Position numbers and translations under genes: made by a program. The notes beneath the pieces were generated by a model. It saw only the letters and a list, made by a program, of their open reading frames with translations, searched no databases and was not told where the DNA came from. A stretch of 64,000 bases of DNA from a virus: positions 10,770 to 74,769 of the IMG/VR virus record IMGVR_UViG_3300010413_000016. The stretch is one strand, 5' to 3'. Positions 61,210-64,000 of the stretch are shown here, piece by piece. Position 1 is the stretch's first letter. Each line of letters opens with the position of its first letter.

Positions 61210-61335
61210 GGTCGTTCTCCTCTGTAACTGAAGCACACAATAGATGAGTTGCAGCAAGAAGTCAACCACATTTTGACGTTGCCTTTTTAAATAAGATTCG
61301 CGACAATATGTTCTCCATTTGAGAGGAGATAAATC

Positions 61336-61864
61336 ATGACACCATTACGTATGTGGTTGAGTCAGAAGAACGAGGTTCGCGAGTTGTTCGAAGAGCCTGT
61401 CCTTCCGTATCCTTCCACTCCCGAAGAATATGATACGATTTTCCATGCAATCGAATGTGAGCTGTCACCCGAGAATCTGTCATGTGATGGCGAACTCCCA
61501 CGTTCGGTTGTTGAACGAAAGACTGACTTTTTGTATGCTGCCCTCCATGAGCTTGAAGTGATTTCTGGCAACTGTTACACCTAAAGAGAGGAGAAACGCT
61601 ATGTCAAAAGATACTTTCCCGATGACTCTTGTCATCATGGACGCGGATGAATTGGATGCGCTTCGTCGCGCGATCAATGTCCAATTCGAGGTGGAGAATG
61701 ATAACGTTTTAGACGACGTGATTTCGTCTGCAGTAAAGATTTGTACTTCGAATGAACAATCTGACGGTTACGTTAATGGGCAACTTCATCAGTTCCGCCA
61801 AGACGCTGCTACTCGTATCGATGCTCTGATGGCAATATCTCGTCTTCGTGAGCGTATCTCATGA
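61336..61864 (+). CDS. two rightward early genes (61336-61584, 61601-61864)
   Basis: Divergent promoter TTGCCT-17-GACAAT (61279-61307); GAGAGGAG SDs; LSPENLSCDGE motif. Confidence 0.7.
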
Positions 61865-62023
61865 ACATCCCAGTATCACCAACGTTTTTAATTCGTGACG
61901 GAGAAGCTTATTTCAAGCCTCTTTGGTCAACGGAATTCACTACGGTTATCTTCTTCCCTGGAAAAGACTTAAAGTCTTTCTGGAGATGGATCGGAGCAAT
62001 TTAATCCATATATCTTCGACTAG

Positions 62024-62052
62024 TTGACTCCGTAATCCCGTTAGGATATAAT
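62024..62052 (+). promoter_or_regulatory. strong sigma70 promoter
   Basis: TTGACT-17-TATAAT. Confidence 0.85.
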
Positions 62053-62072
62053 GGGGTCATCAGTTAGAAAAC

Positions 62073-62087
62073 GCTCTTTAACAATTT
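62073..62087 (+). promoter_or_regulatory. rrn-type boxA antitermination element
   Basis: GCTCTTTAACAATTT matches the proteobacterial rRNA-leader boxA; about 15 nt after the predicted TSS. Confidence 0.75.
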
Positions 62088-62089
62088 GT

Positions 62090-62995
62090 ATTGCTCATAA
62101 GAGGAAGCTAGGTTCACCTCCGGCCTACGACGAATGCTTCGTGGCCCCTCATCGGACCGCCACCGGACCGTGTATTCTGAGGTCAGGAACCGAACTGAAA
62201 AATCGCCAGCCGAATCTTATACCCATCTAGCAGATGTGGATGTTTAGGATAGTGACGAGACAATGAAGCCCCGGAGCCATTTGGGGTGGAGTCGCCCTTG
62301 AAATAGTCACCTGAAACATTTGTTAGTCGAGCCATTCCGTAGGTTGGGGTAGCGGTAATCGAGTTCTGTGGACAGACAACCCTTAGAGCCGGTCACACCA
62401 CGGTATGGGTGACTTAATAATGGATTGGGATGTTTGACGGAGATACGATGATAGCCGCGAAAGCGGAGTCTGAAACGACCCCTAAAGGTTAAGGCCGATC
62501 TGACACAGATCTTTTTACGGAGTGTCTCTTTTTAGTTGCGTAGCCTACACTGCGTGGTTTGTAGGGACCGAACTGACCTACCACAAAAACGTGATAGATA
62601 TTACACACATGAAAACAACGTCGTGTAATATATTTGGTGTTATGATGTTCACCAACGTCGGAAAATGATGGAAGATTACAACGGCCGGTGACCAGAAGAC
62701 TACTGGTCGGGGCTAGATGGATGTCATGGTCTTCTGAAAAGAGGGGGCACTCCGTAAAAAGATATTTAATTCTCATCATGTGAGTTTACCTGTGGGCTTA
62801 TATGATTATGCAGACATCGGTGTAGTCGGAGATATAGTGGTAACTCAAGCATGTAATGCAACGGACCGACGAATCCACCCAGTAAGACAGTCCGAGCTTG
62901 GTAGCTGCTACTGGTTAAAGAAGCTGATAAACAAGCTAGAGAGATTTGGCAACAGTGTTGCAACCGGTATTTGAGAAGTATCGAAAGAATCTCTC
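62090..62995 (+). ncRNA. large structured non-coding RNA(s), family unassigned
   Basis: No SD-led ORF; many helices including CCGC-GAAA-GCGG (62455-62466) and a long stem 62509/62763. Confidence 0.6.
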
Positions 62996-63014
62996 GGATC
63001 TAATTCAACTCTAG

Positions 63015-63043
63015 TTGATTTCACAAATCAACTAGGGTACAAT
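63015..63043 (+). promoter_or_regulatory. sigma70 promoter overlapped by an inverted repeat
   Basis: TTGATT-17-TACAAT; CTAGTTGATTT/AAATCAACTAG at 63011-63035. Confidence 0.7.
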
Positions 63044-63049
63044 AGTTTT

Positions 63050-63170
63050 GGTGTGAGGTGTTGTAGTTAACCTGGGGCACTGGGTTAGCGTAAAATGGTA
63101 CATACCCTTTTTCTATAAGGGAGTAGCGAGATGGACTGCAGCCATCGTGGTTTCGAATCCCGCCACACCA
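63050..63170 (+). ncRNA. tRNA-like RNA (121 nt, non-canonical)
   Basis: GGTGTG/CACACC acceptor-like stem, TTCGAAT T-loop, ends ACCA; no clean anticodon arm. Confidence 0.5.
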
Positions 63171-63509
63171 ATAAATTTTGTGGTGCTAACGCACTCCAAA
63201 AAGCGGATTGCATGAAAAACATTTCTAGAGATGTTGGAAGTGCAGGCGTATTGCACGGTTGATGAAGCCCTGATTGATCAAACCTTCGTCATTCCATGGG
63301 ACCAATAAATCTTGTGGGTAAAAATGATTGGTAAGTTAGGAAAGATTAGATAAGCGGTCAACTTCGACCTTAGTTGGAGCTCACTCAACTTTGGTGACGT
63401 TTAATTTGCTGTGAGACATCTAGCGGAGAAGGATTAGTTCTAGGCCCCTCATAGATGCTATAATGATGAGCCGGCAGGCACTTGCTGAAAAATTAATAGA
63501 CCGTAACGC

Positions 63510-63542
63510 CCCCACCTGTTAGTGTCGCAGGTGGGGTTTTTT
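63510..63542 (+). terminator. intrinsic terminator closing the ncRNA cluster
   Basis: CCCCACCTG/CAGGTGGGG stem followed by T6. Confidence 0.85.
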
Positions 63543-63601
63543 GTTGACCCCAATACTATATTATGTGATAATATCTCCATCGAATGCAAGGAGAGTAAGA
63601 G

Positions 63602-63772
63602 ATGATAGAAGATATTCGTAATAAAGTACTGGAAGCTGTAGACGAGGGGATGATCGATAAAGATTATCTCATCTCAGCCTGTCTGCAGTACTTGGATCCT
63701 GACGACGTCAAGGATATGCTGTATGTGAATGAAATTTCTCTGAATCCTGGACATGAAGACGAGGAAGAATAA
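63602..63772 (+). CDS. 56-aa acidic hypothetical protein
   Basis: TTGACC-17-GATAAT promoter (63544-63572); AGGAG SD. Confidence 0.65.
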   Translation: MIEDIRNKVLEAVDEGMIDKDYLISACLQYLDPDDVKDMLYVNEISLNPGHEDEEE

Positions 63773-63773
63773 A

Positions 63774-64000
63774 ATGCCTTCTCATCTTGGACGTAAGTCA
63801 CTCAACAAGTTTCAACAGAAGATCACCAAGGACAAAGCGATGACAGAGCAACGGAATCCTGAACTCAAAGGAGTAAAGGGTGGTAACTGTAACCGTGAAG
63901 CTTGTCAAAAGCCTGGTGCGGTTTGGTTCAATCACTCCACCCACGCTTACTACTGTCCTAGTTGTGCTGAGTTACTCAACAACGTCAATCGTGACTGGGC
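63774..64000 (+). CDS. Cys-rich hypothetical protein, 3'-truncated
   Basis: CNREAC...YYCPSCA; frame is open to the window end. Confidence 0.6.
   Translation, partial: MPSHLGRKSLNKFQQKITKDKAMTEQRNPELKGVKGGNCNREACQKPGAVWFNHSTHAYYCPSCAELLNNVNRDW

Larger units (their letters stand above)
45020..61265 (-). promoter_or_regulatory. array of about 40 leftward sigma70 early promoters, most coupled to a GAGAGGAG SD
   Basis: TTGACT/A-17-TATAAT-like boxes; -10/-35 plus-strand starts at 45180/45203, 47155/47178, 47871/47894, 49120/49143, 50214/50237, 51766/51789, 52799/52822, 54156/54179, 58045/58068, 59024/59047 and others. Confidence 0.9.

Noticed and set aside
45020-61265. Integron attC sites
   Set aside because: Junctions read GTTGACT rather than GTTRRRY, no inverse-core RYYYAAC arrangement is evident, and there is no integrase in the window.
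62509-62763. Retron msr-msd
   Set aside because: The terminal inverted repeat fits, but no reverse transcriptase is encoded nearby. Kept only as an unassigned RNA.
62489-62974. Short ORFs 62489-62779, 62766-62963 and 62780-62974
   Set aside because: No SDs and atypical composition; they overlap strongly base-paired sequence better explained as RNA.
63050-63170. Canonical tRNA call
   Set aside because: It is 121 nt with an imperfect T-stem and no assignable anticodon arm.
62073-63542. rRNA, tmRNA or RNase P gene after boxA
   Set aside because: No recognisable 16S/23S/5S conserved segments, tmRNA termini or RNase P GAGGAAAGUCC motif.
1-64000. Stop-codon reassignment (alternative genetic code)
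   Set aside because: Conserved genes are intact under code 11 and TAA, TAG and TGA all terminate genes.

Overview
This window is part of a large, T4-supergroup-like jumbo myophage genome (genetic code 11). Sigma70-type promoters and an rrn-type boxA suggest a proteobacterial host. (1) 0.3-10 kb: a cluster of tail-fibre/baseplate genes. (2) 10-44 kb: mostly rightward replication, nucleotide-metabolism and accessory genes. These include a mini DnaE-like polymerase, a dispersed 7-deazaguanine DNA-modification set (FolE2, QueD, QueE, a DpdL-like QueD paralog and a TGT/DpdA-like transglycosylase, with no QueC in the window), a GluR0-like K+ channel / DUF2491 / PspA operon, rIIA/rIIB, PRPP synthetase, Nudix and macrodomain genes. 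(3) 44.5-44.9 kb: a homopolymer-rich non-coding strand switch. (4) 45-61.3 kb: a leftward early or host-takeover region built from about 40 promoter-RBS-ORF cassettes. In many of them the -10 box sits in the loop of a covarying hairpin. The region also contains structured RNA elements with anti-Shine-Dalgarno loops, start-stop mini-ORFs and a shuffled paralogous helical domain. (5) 62.0-63.5 kb: about 1.5 kb of structured non-coding RNA behind a sigma70 promoter and an rrn-type boxA, including tRNA-like ~120-nt units. All calls come from motif recognition by eye; no searches were run.
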